From positions 1,347-65,346 of the forward strand of contig CAKSTW010000007.1 in NCBI GenBank assembly GCA_934501435.1: a DNA stretch of 64,000 bases, read 5' to 3'. Position 1 is the stretch's first letter. Each line of letters begins with the position of its first letter. Positions 30,336-40,017 of this stretch are shown one piece after another. A program made the position numbers and the translations under genes. The DNA comes from an uncultured Eubacteriales bacterium. Its GTDB lineage: Bacteria; Bacillota; Clostridia; Oscillospirales; UBA644. A model generated the notes under the pieces. It did no database searches, was not told where the DNA came from, and saw only the letters and a list, made by a program, of their open reading frames with translations.

Positions 30336-33260
30336 TTATTCGGTCCGCAGCGCCGTTACTGGATCTTTTTTCGCCGCGATTTTCGACGGTATAAGCCCCG
30401 CGATAAACGTTAGGAACATACTTATCGCAACGAGAATTGCCGCCGATATCGGCGGAAGAGACGCATTGAGCGTTTCTATTCCGGTGAGCGAATGCAGAAT
30501 TATGTTTACTATAAAGTCAAGTCCGAGAGTAAGCAATATTCCTATGACCCCTGCCGCAAAGCCCACAATGAGCGTTTCGGCGTTGAAAACTCTCGAAATA
30601 TCTTTTTTCGACGCTCCGACAGAACGCAGAATTCCGATCTCCTTTGTTCTTTCGAGAACCGAAATATAGGTGATTATTCCTATCATTATCGACGAAACGA
30701 CAAGCGAAATGGTGACAAATGCGATTAGAACATAGGATATCGCGTCGATTATCGTCGTTATTGAGGACATCAGCAAAGCGACATAGTCGGTATAGTTTAT
30801 TTTGTCGTCTTCGGTGACGGTTTCATTATATTTCGAAATGAGAGAAGATATGTTATCCTTGTTTTCGAAACTGTCGGCGTATATCTCCATCGTCCAAGGG
30901 TCTTCTCTGTCAATATATCCGAGTTTCTTTATATTTTCGTCGTAGGTGGCTTCCGAAACTATCTCCGACTCAAAATCGGTGTAGAACGCTTTATAATCGT
31001 TGTCGGAAAACTCTTCGGCGTCAAGGAGGGCGGCTGCCCTGTCGGTCGGGAGAGACGCGAACTGCGCCTTTACCCCTGCCGCATACTGCTCTTTGACCGA
31101 AGAAGTTGCCATCTCTTCGATATATCCGCGGAGAGTTTTTTCGTCAAGCCCCGAAACGTATTCGTCAATGCTCTTTTCGTCAAGCATCATTTTTTGGCTC
31201 ATCGCCTGCTTGAACATTTCTCTCATTGCCGCGTCGTCGAGGTTCGCGGTATACTGCGCTACTGCGGTCTTAACGTATTCGTCGGTCGGTTTCGACTTTA
31301 TTTCAATATAAATTCTTGCTTTGTCTTCGGCCGAAAGCGACGAAAACCAATTTTTTACCGTTTCCGCCTCTTCGTCGTCTGAAATCTCCGATTTGAAAGG
31401 CAGTCCCGTCAGAATATCGGTCTTTTTGTTTTCAAGCTGCTCTTTCAGCAGATCGCTTTTACTGTCGAGAGAGATTATCCTGTCGGTCAAAAGCGAGGTG
31501 TAGCCTATCGTTCCGCCCGACGACATCATATTCGAATCTTCGTTAGGACGGACAATCCCGACTATTTTAAGTTCCGTCTCGGAGTTGTCGTAAAGATAGG
31601 AAAGCCCCGCCTCGGTTGCTGTCAGGTCTTCATAGTCTCCGTCGGCGTTCTTTTTATAGATGTCCGACGAAAGGATGACCCTGAAAGTCCTGCCGAGAAT
31701 TTCGTCGTATCCGTGCTTTGAGGTTTCGGTATCGACGACTTCTCCCGTTGCCGCTTTTTCCATATCCGAAAGAATTTCGGCTTTCGTTTTGAGCCCGAGC
31801 GCATAAAGTGTAAGGTCGCTCACTTCGTTGCGTTCGTTTACGATAAGCACCGTTTCGTCGTAGTTTTCGGGCCATTTGCCGTTGACAAGGGTATATTTTT
31901 CTTTCGTCGCGTCTCCGACCGCTTCGCCGTTTTTCCCGGAGAGAAGTTCTTCCCAGACGTCAAAACCCGATGACGACATAAACATCGACGAACCCTGAGC
32001 GTAAATGCTGTCGCCGCCCATAACTTCGGTTATGAGCTCCATCGCGTCGCTTTTTACGGTTTTACCGTCTCCGTCTTTCGTGTAGATATTCATATTTACG
32101 TCGTAGCCGTAACGGACAGCCGACGCGTATTTCGCGAATTCTTCGTTATTTTCGATATATTTTTTGAACGCCTTGAGGTTGTTTTCGGTCGTTTCCGCCT
32201 GCGAAAGAGAGTTCGAAAGTTCGTACATCATCTTATTTTCGTAAACGCCGTCGAGGTCGTGCTCGGCTTTGCCGTCGGTTTTGCCGGAAAGGGCGGAAAT
32301 TATCGACGAAAGGTCTTTCGACTCTCTCTGAATCTCTATCGGATAGTTCGAAAGAGTGTCTTTCTGAACGTCGTCAATATAGTTTTTGACGCCCGTCGAG
32401 ACCGAAAGGATAAGGGCGATACCGATAATTCCTATCGACCCCGCGAAACTTGTAAGAAAGGTCCTGCCTTTTTTTGTCATCAGGTTGTTTTTCGAAAGGG
32501 AAAGGGCGGTGAAGAAAGACATCGACGGTTTCTTTTTGCGGCTCTTTTTTATTTCCTCGTCGGTCTTGTCGGGGATTTCCGAAAGGTAAGGCGAAGAATC
32601 GTCCTTTACCTCTCCGTCGAAAAGTTTTACGGTGCGCGTCGCGTATCTTTCGGCAAGTTCGGGGTTATGGGTGACCATTATAATAAGGCGGTCTTTGGAT
32701 ATTTCCTTTAAGATATCCATGACCTGCACGCTCGTCTGCGAGTCGAGAGCGCCGGTCGGTTCGTCGGCAAGCAGAATTTCGGGGTCGTTTACGATAGCTC
32801 GCGCAATGGCGACTCTCTGCATCTGTCCGCCCGACATCTGATTCGGCTTCTTGTTAAGTTGGTCGCCGAGCCCGACTTTTTCAAGCGCTTCCTTCGCTCT
32901 TTTCCGTCTTTCTTTTTTGTTTACGCCCGAAAGAGTGAGGGCGAGTTCGACGTTTGAAAGCACCGTCTGGTGCGGTATGAGGTTGTAACTCTGGAAAACG
33001 AAACCGACCGAATGATTGCGGTAAGTGTCCCAGTCTCTGTCGTTATATTTTTTAGTGGAAACGCCGTTTATTACAAGGTCTCCCTCTGTATATTTGTCAA
33101 GGCCGCCGATGATATTGAGAAGCGTCGTTTTTCCGCAGCCCGACGGTCCCAAAATCGCGACAAATTCGCTTTTTCTGAAATCGAGACTGATACCTTTGAG
33201 GGCGGCGACTTTTTGGTCGGCGACTTCATAATCCTTTTTTATGTTTCTTAAAGAAAGCAT
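30336..33260 (-). CDS. fused ABC transporter ATP-binding/permease protein (MacB/FtsX-like) with a large extracytoplasmic domain
   Basis: 974 aa. Has Walker A GPSGCGKTT, the signature LSGGQMQR, Walker B LLADEPT and C-terminal FtsX-like TM helices. Confidence 0.85.
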   Translation of the reverse strand: MLSLRNIKKDYEVADQKVAALKGISLDFRKSEFVAILGPSGCGKTTLLNIIGGLDKYTEGDLVINGVSTKKYNDRDWDTYRNHSVGFVFQSYNLIPHQTVLSNVELALTLSGVNKKERRKRAKEALEKVGLGDQLNKKPNQMSGGQMQRVAIARAIVNDPEILLADEPTGALDSQTSVQVMDILKEISKDRLIIMVTHNPELAERYATRTVKLFDGEVKDDSSPYLSEIPDKTDEEIKKSRKKKPSMSFFTALSLSKNNLMTKKGRTFLTSFAGSIGIIGIALILSVSTGVKNYIDDVQKDTLSNYPIEIQRESKDLSSIISALSGKTDGKAEHDLDGVYENKMMYELSNSLSQAETTENNLKAFKKYIENNEEFAKYASAVRYGYDVNMNIYTKDGDGKTVKSDAMELITEVMGGDSIYAQGSSMFMSSSGFDVWEELLSGKNGEAVGDATKEKYTLVNGKWPENYDETVLIVNERNEVSDLTLYALGLKTKAEILSDMEKAATGEVVDTETSKHGYDEILGRTFRVILSSDIYKKNADGDYEDLTATEAGLSYLYDNSETELKIVGIVRPNEDSNMMSSGGTIGYTSLLTDRIISLDSKSDLLKEQLENKKTDILTGLPFKSEISDDEEAETVKNWFSSLSAEDKARIYIEIKSKPTDEYVKTAVAQYTANLDDAAMREMFKQAMSQKMMLDEKSIDEYVSGLDEKTLRGYIEEMATSSVKEQYAAGVKAQFASLPTDRAAALLDAEEFSDNDYKAFYTDFESEIVSEATYDENIKKLGYIDREDPWTMEIYADSFENKDNISSLISKYNETVTEDDKINYTDYVALLMSSITTIIDAISYVLIAFVTISLVVSSIMIGIITYISVLERTKEIGILRSVGASKKDISRVFNAETLIVGFAAGVIGILLTLGLDFIVNIILHSLTGIETLNASLPPISAAILVAISMFLTFIAGLIPSKIAAKKDPVTALRTE

Positions 33261-33358
33261 TATTTCTCCTTTGCGTTCAATGTATCAAATAAATTCTATT
33301 ATATAAAAATATTATTGTCAAGAGTTTTTGTTTTTTACCGAAGAAAAGTCGAAAATTG

Positions 33359-33385
33359 CAAAAAATACCGCCGAAGTCTCGGCGG
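33359..33385 (-). terminator. intrinsic terminator after alr
   Basis: Stem CCGCCGA/TCGGCGG with a 4-nt loop, followed by a T-run on the minus strand. Confidence 0.6.
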
Positions 33386-33391
33386 CACAGT

Positions 33392-34558
33392 TTATTTATT
33401 ATAGATAGTTCCCGTAATATCAACGATTTTTCCGTCTTTTATATATACTCTCGGAACGCGTCTGTTTATGTCGCAGACGACTTCGTATCCTATCGTTCCC
33501 GCAAGAAACGCTATATCGTCGGCTGTCGCGGCTCCCGTTGCGGCGTCCCCGAAAATTGTAACTTCGTCGTATTTTTTGACGTCGGGAATATCGGTAACGT
33601 CGACCATGAACTGGTCCATGCAGACTCTTCCGATTATCGGTGCGAGTTTCCCGTTTATAAGCACCTTGCCGCGGTTCGAGATCATTCTCGGAACGCCGTC
33701 CGCATATCCCGCTCCGACGGTCGCTATTTTCGTTTCCTTGTCGGTGACGTAGGTGCCGCCGTAACTTACCGCAATTCCCTCGGGGGAAGTTTTAAGGTGC
33801 ATTATGCGGCTTTTGAAAGTCATTGCCGCTCTGATATCTCCGAGTTTTTTTATGTTGACTTCGGGGGAGGGCAAAAGTCCGTAAAGAGTTATTCCGTCGC
33901 GCGCCATGCCGTATTTTGGTTCAAGGTCGGTGATCGCTGCGCTGTTGTAAAGGTGAAGAAGCGGCTTTATCCCTCTTTTTGCAAGAGCATCGGTCATTTT
34001 GTCAAACGCCGCTATCTGCATTTCGGCGTAACTTTTGTCGGTGCAGTCGGCTTTTGCAAAATGGCTGAAAATACCCGTTATTTCAATCCCTGCAAGGTTT
34101 GATACCGCAACTATATCTTCGACCGATTTTTCGTTGCAGATAAATCCGATACGCCCCATTCCGGTGTCGAGGGCAATGTGTATTTTCGCGGTTTTGCCGA
34201 GTTTTTCACAGACGGAAGAAAGCAGTTTTGCCTCTTCGATATCCGAGACCGAAAGAGTGACGTCTCGCGTTATCATTTTTTCGAAATCGTCGGGGAGGAC
34301 GTGTCCTAAAATCAGAATCGGATTTTTTATTCCCGCAAGGCGGAGTTCCGACGCTTCGTCGGCAGTCGCGACCGCGAAATAATCCGCGTCGTTTTCAAGG
34401 AGTTTTGCTGCTTTTACGGCTCCGTGGCCGTAGGCGTCCGCCTTTATGACGGCGGCTGCCTTCATACCGGGCGACAGTCTCTTTTTCGCAAGCAAAAAGT
34501 TGTTTTTCATTGCGTCAAGGTCTATTTCCGCCCAGCATCTTAATTCTTTTCTTTCCAT
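33392..34558 (-). CDS. alr: alanine racemase
   Basis: 388 aa. PLP-lysine motif AVIKADAYGHGAV and typical length. Confidence 0.9.
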   Translation of the reverse strand: MERKELRCWAEIDLDAMKNNFLLAKKRLSPGMKAAAVIKADAYGHGAVKAAKLLENDADYFAVATADEASELRLAGIKNPILILGHVLPDDFEKMITRDVTLSVSDIEEAKLLSSVCEKLGKTAKIHIALDTGMGRIGFICNEKSVEDIVAVSNLAGIEITGIFSHFAKADCTDKSYAEMQIAAFDKMTDALAKRGIKPLLHLYNSAAITDLEPKYGMARDGITLYGLLPSPEVNIKKLGDIRAAMTFKSRIMHLKTSPEGIAVSYGGTYVTDKETKIATVGAGYADGVPRMISNRGKVLINGKLAPIIGRVCMDQFMVDVTDIPDVKKYDEVTIFGDAATGAATADDIAFLAGTIGYEVVCDINRRVPRVYIKDGKIVDITGTIYNK

Positions 34559-34568
34559 AATTTACCTC

Positions 34569-35333
34569 TCAAAAATTGCGAAGCGAGGTTATCTCAATTC
34601 CGTTTTCCGAAAGCGCTTTCCTTATCTTCTCAACGAATAAAAGCGCGTGTTCGTTGTCGCCGTGAACGCAGACCGAATCGGCTTTTATTTCTATCTTTTT
34701 GCCCGTTACCGCGGTGACGGTCGAATTCTTTACCATTTCGACAACACGTAAAACCGCTTCGTTTTCGTCGGTTATCACGGCTCCGGGTTTTGTCCGTGCG
34801 ACAAGACTTCCGTCTTCTTCATACGCTCTGTCCGCAAAAACTTCGGACGCAAAGCGAAGTCCGTATTTCTCTGCCGAACGCTGCATTTCGCTTCCCGAAA
34901 GTCCCATTAAAATAAGACTTTCGTCTACCTTTGCAATGCCTTCGCATATCGCGTCGGCAAGTTTTGCGTCTTTTGCCGCCATATTATACATCGCGCCGTG
35001 CGGTTTGACGTGCTGCATCTTTATTCCCTCGGCTTTGCAGAAGGCGTTGAGAGCGCCGACCTGATACATTATGTATGTTTTCATGTCGGCGGGCGAAACG
35101 TTCATGTTTCTTCTTCCGAAACCGACAAGGTCGGGGTATCCTGGGTGCGCGCCTGCCGCGATTCCCGCTTCCGCCGCAAGACGGACGGTCTTTGCCATAA
35201 CGCCGCTGTCTCCCGCGTGCCAGCCGCAGGCGATGTTTGCCGACGAAATAAGGGGAATGACTTTATCGTCGCAGCCTATTTTATACGCCCCGAAACTTTC
35301 GCCGAGGTCGCTGTTTATATCTATCTTTTTCAT
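34569..35333 (-). CDS. pxpA: 5-oxoprolinase subunit PxpA (LamB/YcsF family)
   Basis: 254 aa with N-terminal DINSDLGESFG and ACGWHAGD motifs. Confidence 0.85.
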   Translation of the reverse strand: MKKIDINSDLGESFGAYKIGCDDKVIPLISSANIACGWHAGDSGVMAKTVRLAAEAGIAAGAHPGYPDLVGFGRRNMNVSPADMKTYIMYQVGALNAFCKAEGIKMQHVKPHGAMYNMAAKDAKLADAICEGIAKVDESLILMGLSGSEMQRSAEKYGLRFASEVFADRAYEEDGSLVARTKPGAVITDENEAVLRVVEMVKNSTVTAVTGKKIEIKADSVCVHGDNEHALLFVEKIRKALSENGIEITSLRNF

Positions 35334-35345
35334 ATTTTGCCTCCG

Positions 35346-36131
35346 TCAGTTTTTGAGCGAACTGTTTTTGATGTCGGTTATGAACATGTGTCCCGGCGAA
35401 TGGGTTATCGCAAAAGCGGGTTTTGCCGCCATCAGCGCCGCCTGAGGGGTAACTCCGCAGGGCCAGAAAACGGGAATTTCGCCGTCTTTTATCGTTACGC
35501 TGTCGCCGTAGTCGGGCTTCGTTATGTCTTTTATGCCTATTTTTTCGGGCGAACCGAAATGCACGGGTTTTCCGTGAACGCGGGGCATCGAAGCAGTGAC
35601 TACCGTCGCTCTTATCGCGTCCGCTTCGGTCATCGGTCTCATCGAAACGACCATGTTTCCGTGGAAAATCCCGGCGGGAGTGCAGGGAATATTCGTGTTG
35701 AACATCGGTACATTGCGTTTTTCTTCGATATGTCTTACGGGAATGTCGGAAGAAAGCAGTTCCGCTTCAAAGGAAAAACTGCAGCCGATAAGGAACGAAA
35801 CGAGGTCGTCGCGCCAGAAAGCCGAAACGTCGGTATATTCGCCCTCAAGATTTCCGTTTTTCCATATTCTGTATTTCGGAATGTCGGTTGCGATGTCGGC
35901 ATCTTTTGCTATATATGAAAGAGTGCGCGAACCTGCGTCCGAAACTTCGAGCAGCGGACACGACGTCGGGTTCCTCTGCGCGAACAGAAGGAAATCGTAT
36001 GCTTCTTTCTGCGGCAGTATCACAAGGTTTGCCTGAGCGTAACCGTTGCACATTCCCGATGTATTATAATCAATTTTGCCCTCTCTTATGAGTTTTCTTA
36101 CTTCGGCGGGAGAGGTGTTCGAATAATCCAT
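35346..36131 (-). CDS. DUF1445/UPF0317 putative hydro-lyase (D-glutamate cyclase-like domain)
   Basis: 261 aa. EVRKLIREGKIDYNTSGMCNGYAQANLVILP...RNPTSCPLLEV matches the UPF0317 signature as I remember it. Confidence 0.75.
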   Translation of the reverse strand: MDYSNTSPAEVRKLIREGKIDYNTSGMCNGYAQANLVILPQKEAYDFLLFAQRNPTSCPLLEVSDAGSRTLSYIAKDADIATDIPKYRIWKNGNLEGEYTDVSAFWRDDLVSFLIGCSFSFEAELLSSDIPVRHIEEKRNVPMFNTNIPCTPAGIFHGNMVVSMRPMTEADAIRATVVTASMPRVHGKPVHFGSPEKIGIKDITKPDYGDSVTIKDGEIPVFWPCGVTPQAALMAAKPAFAITHSPGHMFITDIKNSSLKN

Positions 36132-36146
36132 ATCTTCTTCAACTCC

Positions 36147-37088
36147 TTATTTCATTTTCTTTTTAAGAACCGTGAAATATTTTTCTTTTTCTTTTTTAAT
36201 CTTCTGCGCGGTCTCAACGTCCGTCTTCTCAAAACGGACTTTCTGACCCGGCAAAAGTCTTCCGCATTTCGGCATATCCGAAGAAATTACCGTTACGGGT
36301 TTTGCGTATCCGCCCGTTGTCTGCCTGTCGGCGCAGAGAATTATCGGCTGACCGTTTTTCGGGATCTGGACCGAGCCCGAAACTATTCCGTCGGAAATGA
36401 TGTCCGAGCCGTTAAGCGCTTTTACGGGTTCGTCGCCCGAAAGGCGTATGCCCATTCTGTCCGACGCGGGAAGGACCTTATATTCTCTTGAAAAGAATTT
36501 GTCGAGTTCTTCTGCCGAAAACATATCGTCCTGCGGCCCGGGAATTGCGCGGAGTAAAGCCGTCTCTTCTTTTTTTGGGGGCGTTATTTTCCGGTTTTTG
36601 ATATTTTTAAGGGGTAACGTCTCTTCTGTCGGAAGTTCGTCGCCCGTCTGCAGTTTTCTGCCTTCAAAACCGCCCATTCCTATTTTTAAGAAAGTAGAGC
36701 GGCTGCCCGAAATTTCGGGGACGGCTATTCCGCCTCTTACGGCAAGATACGCGCGGCACCCCTCGGTTATGTTTCCGACGGTTATATAGTCGCCTTTTTT
36801 CAGAGAAACGGTCTCATAAGCCGAAAACTTTTCGCCGTTTACGAAAACTTCCCGCGCGCCGCCCGTTACGGCGACGTAAAGATTGCAGAGCGCCTCGGCG
36901 GAAATTCCGGTAAGCGTCATTTCGAGAACCGCGTCGAAATCGTCGTTTCCGACAAGGATATTCGCTTCTCTCATCGAGTCTTCGTCCATTGCGCCGCACT
37001 GCGAAAAGCCGAGAGCGGCGTTTCCCGTTCTGCCGCCGTCCTGAACGGTGGTCAGAAGTCCGGGGATTATTATTCGGAGAGCTTTCAT
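36147..37088 (-). CDS. pxpC: 5-oxoprolinase subunit PxpC (KipA / allophanate hydrolase subunit 2 family)
   Basis: 313 aa. N-terminus IIIPGLLTTVQDGGRTG. 4-nt overlap with pxpB. Confidence 0.85.
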   Translation of the reverse strand: MKALRIIIPGLLTTVQDGGRTGNAALGFSQCGAMDEDSMREANILVGNDDFDAVLEMTLTGISAEALCNLYVAVTGGAREVFVNGEKFSAYETVSLKKGDYITVGNITEGCRAYLAVRGGIAVPEISGSRSTFLKIGMGGFEGRKLQTGDELPTEETLPLKNIKNRKITPPKKEETALLRAIPGPQDDMFSAEELDKFFSREYKVLPASDRMGIRLSGDEPVKALNGSDIISDGIVSGSVQIPKNGQPIILCADRQTTGGYAKPVTVISSDMPKCGRLLPGQKVRFEKTDVETAQKIKKEKEKYFTVLKKKMK

Positions 37089-37822
37089 TTCGAACCCTCC
37101 TTTATTATGCGGTGTTCGTATTTCCCGCTTTTTACGAGTCCGTCGATTCTGTCGAACTCTTCTCTTGTTATTTTTTCAAAACGGATATATTCTCCGCTTT
37201 TGTATAAGATCGGTTCTTCTCTTTCGGGGTCGAACGGTAAAAGCGGCGTTTTGCCGATAAGCCGCCACCCTCCGGGAGAGGCAAGCGGGTAAATTCCCGT
37301 CTGGTTTCCGCCTATCCCTACGCTTCCCGCGGGAATTTTCGTTCTCGGGCTGTCGAGTCTCGGCGTTTCTATCCTTTTGTCAAGTCCGCCGAGATACGCA
37401 AAGCCGGGAAGAAAGCCTATCATATAGATAAGATAATCCGTACCCGTGTGAATGTTGACGACCTCTTCTTCGGTAAGTCCGTTAAGTCTTGCAACGTCGG
37501 GGAGGTCTTCGGCAAATTCTCCGTCGTAGCAAACGGGGATTATATGTATCGTTTTTTCTTCCTTTCCGCCGCTTGCTTTTTCCGATCTTTCAATAGCCGT
37601 TCCGAGGTATGATATCAGTTTTTTATGAGAAATCACGGTCGGGGAATAAACGACGGTAAGGGAGCGGAAAGTCGGAATTGTTTCGGTTATTCCATTTTTC
37701 GCGTCCGCTTTTATTACGTCGTCGAGTTTCTTTACCGCTTTTCCCGTCTCCGGTGAAATTTCGTTTCCGAATTCGACCGTTACGGCGCAATCTCCGCAGT
37801 CGAGTATCCTTACTTTCGGCAT
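37085..37822 (-). CDS. pxpB: 5-oxoprolinase subunit PxpB (KipI / allophanate hydrolase subunit 1 family)
   Basis: 245 aa. Has ILDCGDCAVTVEFG and GFLPGFAYLGGLD motifs. Confidence 0.85.
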   Translation of the reverse strand: MPKVRILDCGDCAVTVEFGNEISPETGKAVKKLDDVIKADAKNGITETIPTFRSLTVVYSPTVISHKKLISYLGTAIERSEKASGGKEEKTIHIIPVCYDGEFAEDLPDVARLNGLTEEEVVNIHTGTDYLIYMIGFLPGFAYLGGLDKRIETPRLDSPRTKIPAGSVGIGGNQTGIYPLASPGGWRLIGKTPLLPFDPEREEPILYKSGEYIRFEKITREEFDRIDGLVKSGKYEHRIIKEGSK

Positions 37823-37874
37823 TTGTACTCCTTTTAATAAGTTTTCCGGTACATTTCTGTACCGGAAAAACGTC

Positions 37875-38945
37875 TTATTTCCTGTCTTCGAAGAAACCGA
37901 GTTTCAAGGTCCTGTTAAACCACTCTTTGCAGGTAGTAACAAGCGAAAGAGAATTTTCAACGCAGCTTCTCATCAGTTTTACGACGGCACAGCATATCGT
38001 GTAGTCCTGACCGTCGATCGCGGGATTGAGCCAGCCGTACATATCTATCATGCCTGCTCTCGACGCGGCAAATATTGCCTCTTTTTCCATTTCGGGAGTG
38101 TGCATGAGGTTGATATCCTTTTTATACCACGCGATCGCGGCGATAATTCCGTAAACGCCCCAGTCGGAAACGGTTGCGGTAAGGAGGGTGTCGGCTTTGG
38201 TTTCCGCCATAATTCCTCCGTTGCAGCCGCAGCGGCAGGTGTCGGCGTCGGCGGCGTAAGGAATATATTTCGTTATCTGCTCTTCGATAGCACCCATTCC
38301 TATCTCGTTGCCGAGGTCTCCTATCGAAAAAGTCGGGATCTTTCTTTCTTTTGCAAGCCTGAACATTACGTCGGCTTTTGCCTGCATATCCGAAACGTCA
38401 AGCCCCGTTGCGTTGTGGTAAATTCCGTTTTTGTTTGCTCCGGGCGCTTCGTTCGTTATAACGGCGGCGGGCTTTTTGTCAAGAAGGGTTTTTGCCTGCT
38501 TTGCCGCTTCGTTTACGTCCTTTGTAAAGGGCACGACAGCCATTGCCGCGGGAAGATTCATAATTTCTTCGGGCGAATTGTAAAGGTGAAGTCCGACAAC
38601 GGGCGCCATCGCCTTTACTGCGGGAAGATTTCCGTCGGGACAAACGACGACGGGCTTGATTCCGAGAAGAACGAGCGTTCTGCAAAGAAGCACGGTGCTT
38701 ATTATGCCGTCCGTTTCGGGAACGCCGAACGGGGGCAGGACGAAGCCCGAAATAATATAAACGAGGTCGCCCTCTTTAACGGTTTCAAGAAGTTTTTTTG
38801 CAAAATTAGTGGAAAGGGGACCTCCTGCATATTCCCTTGCCGCGGGGTAGAGAATACGGCAGACGCCGTAACCTCTCGGATCAAGGTTCATCAAGGAGTC
38901 GAGGTCTTCCCCTATATTGTATTCCGTAAGAGTATACTGATCCAT
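37875..38945 (-). CDS. DUF4392-like protein (C-terminal-type domain of D-glutamate cyclase)
   Basis: 356 aa. The N-terminal LDSLMNLDPRGYGV motif and the size fit my recollection of DUF4392. The family call needs an HMM check. Confidence 0.55.
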   Translation of the reverse strand: MDQYTLTEYNIGEDLDSLMNLDPRGYGVCRILYPAAREYAGGPLSTNFAKKLLETVKEGDLVYIISGFVLPPFGVPETDGIISTVLLCRTLVLLGIKPVVVCPDGNLPAVKAMAPVVGLHLYNSPEEIMNLPAAMAVVPFTKDVNEAAKQAKTLLDKKPAAVITNEAPGANKNGIYHNATGLDVSDMQAKADVMFRLAKERKIPTFSIGDLGNEIGMGAIEEQITKYIPYAADADTCRCGCNGGIMAETKADTLLTATVSDWGVYGIIAAIAWYKKDINLMHTPEMEKEAIFAASRAGMIDMYGWLNPAIDGQDYTICCAVVKLMRSCVENSLSLVTTCKEWFNRTLKLGFFEDRK

Positions 38946-38957
38946 TTCCGTCGCCTC

Positions 38958-39803
38958 TTATCTTCCGCCGGTCTTTTCGATGAAGTCTTCGACGAGAGCG
39001 TCCTGGATCTTTTTGAGCATTTCGGGAGCCTTGCCGCCTACCGGAGTTCCGTCAACGTCGGAGACCTGGAGACAGAAAGAACCGGAGGACGAAACGATAA
39101 CTTCGTCGGCGTCCATAAGTTCGGACATCGTGAACGGTCTTTCGTCAACGCCGTAGCCGAGAGCCTTGCAGGTCTTGATAAGATGCGCGCGGGCAATTCC
39201 GGGGAGAATGAAGTGGTCTGCGGGGTGGGTTATAAAAATTCCGTCTTTGATTATATGAACGTTGGAGTGAGCGCATTCGGTAACGACGTCTCCTCTGTGG
39301 AAGATACATTCCGCAACGCCTTTTTCCTCCGACTTCTGAGCGGCAAGAACGCTCGGAATGAGGTTAAGGGTCTTGATGTTGCAATACTGGAAACGGTAAT
39401 CCTCGGTGTGGGTCACCGAAATCTTTTCGTATGTATTCTTTACGGGCGCGTGTTTGAGGGTTATCCAGAGGTTTGCCTTGCCTTCGGTCGGGAACGCGTG
39501 ATTTCTCATTCCCGTGCCTCTTGTTATCTGCCAGTAAACGAACTGATCGCCGCTGTCGACCTTGTTTACCATTTCATTGAGAATGTCAGCCATTTCTTTT
39601 TTGGAGCAGGGAGGAACGATTCCGAGAAGCGCGGCGGAATTGTAAATTCTGTCGATATGTTCGTCGAGCGCGTAGATAATGTGATTGCGGCTGTAAGTCG
39701 CGTCGTAAACGCCGTCTCCGAACCAGCATACGCGGTCGTTCATCGGTATTGTCATGTTTTCGATCTCATCGAATTTTCCGTTGTAGTAGCCAAGTGTTTT
39801 CAT
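38958..39803 (-). CDS. dat: D-amino-acid (D-alanine) aminotransferase, fold-type IV PLP enzyme
   Basis: 281 aa. N-terminus YYNGKF...DRVCWFGDGVYD, and a catalytic-lysine context NIKTLNLIPSVLAAQ like Bacillus Dat. Confidence 0.85.
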   Translation of the reverse strand: MKTLGYYNGKFDEIENMTIPMNDRVCWFGDGVYDATYSRNHIIYALDEHIDRIYNSAALLGIVPPCSKKEMADILNEMVNKVDSGDQFVYWQITRGTGMRNHAFPTEGKANLWITLKHAPVKNTYEKISVTHTEDYRFQYCNIKTLNLIPSVLAAQKSEEKGVAECIFHRGDVVTECAHSNVHIIKDGIFITHPADHFILPGIARAHLIKTCKALGYGVDERPFTMSELMDADEVIVSSSGSFCLQVSDVDGTPVGGKAPEMLKKIQDALVEDFIEKTGGR

Positions 39804-39842
39804 CTTAATTCTTTCCCTTTCTCAATAATGATTTATAAGGTA

Positions 39843-39871
39843 AGTATAGCACACATTTTTACAATAATCAA
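39843..39871 (-). promoter_or_regulatory. sigma-A type promoter of the dat...alr operon
   Basis: The minus strand reads TTGATT-17 nt-TATACT with TGTGC just upstream of the -10. About 35 nt upstream of the dat ATG. Confidence 0.5.
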
Positions 39872-39954
39872 TGAAGAAAATGTTAATTATGTGTTGCTTT
39901 GTAAACAGTTTTTGTCAATAGTTGAGCAAACCTCGCTTTTTTTGTGAAATATTA

Positions 39955-39983
39955 TTGACATTCCGAGTAAAAACAGTTATAAT
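39955..39983 (+). promoter_or_regulatory. consensus sigma-A promoter for the alcohol dehydrogenase gene
   Basis: TTGACA-17 nt-TATAAT exactly, about 35 nt upstream of the ATG at 40018. Confidence 0.6.
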
Positions 39984-40017
39984 TAAGACAAATAAAACCC
40001 GAAAAGGAGATACAGAA

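Noticed and set aside
38100-39947. A 615-aa plus-strand ORF, along with other very long ORFs opposite well-supported genes: 23536-24969 minus (477 aa, opposite purA), 8718-9740 plus (opposite typA), 17260-18162 plus, 34998-35918 plus, 39952-40842 minus, 33356-34102 plus, 1361-1918 minus and 6117-6770 plus.
   Set aside because: They run antisense to genes with unmistakable family motifs. Their translations are Arg/Phe/Gly/Val-rich with no recognisable motifs, and they have no ribosome-binding sites. Sense genes here largely avoid TTA, CTA and TCA codons, which removes stop codons from the in-register antisense frame and produces long shadow ORFs.
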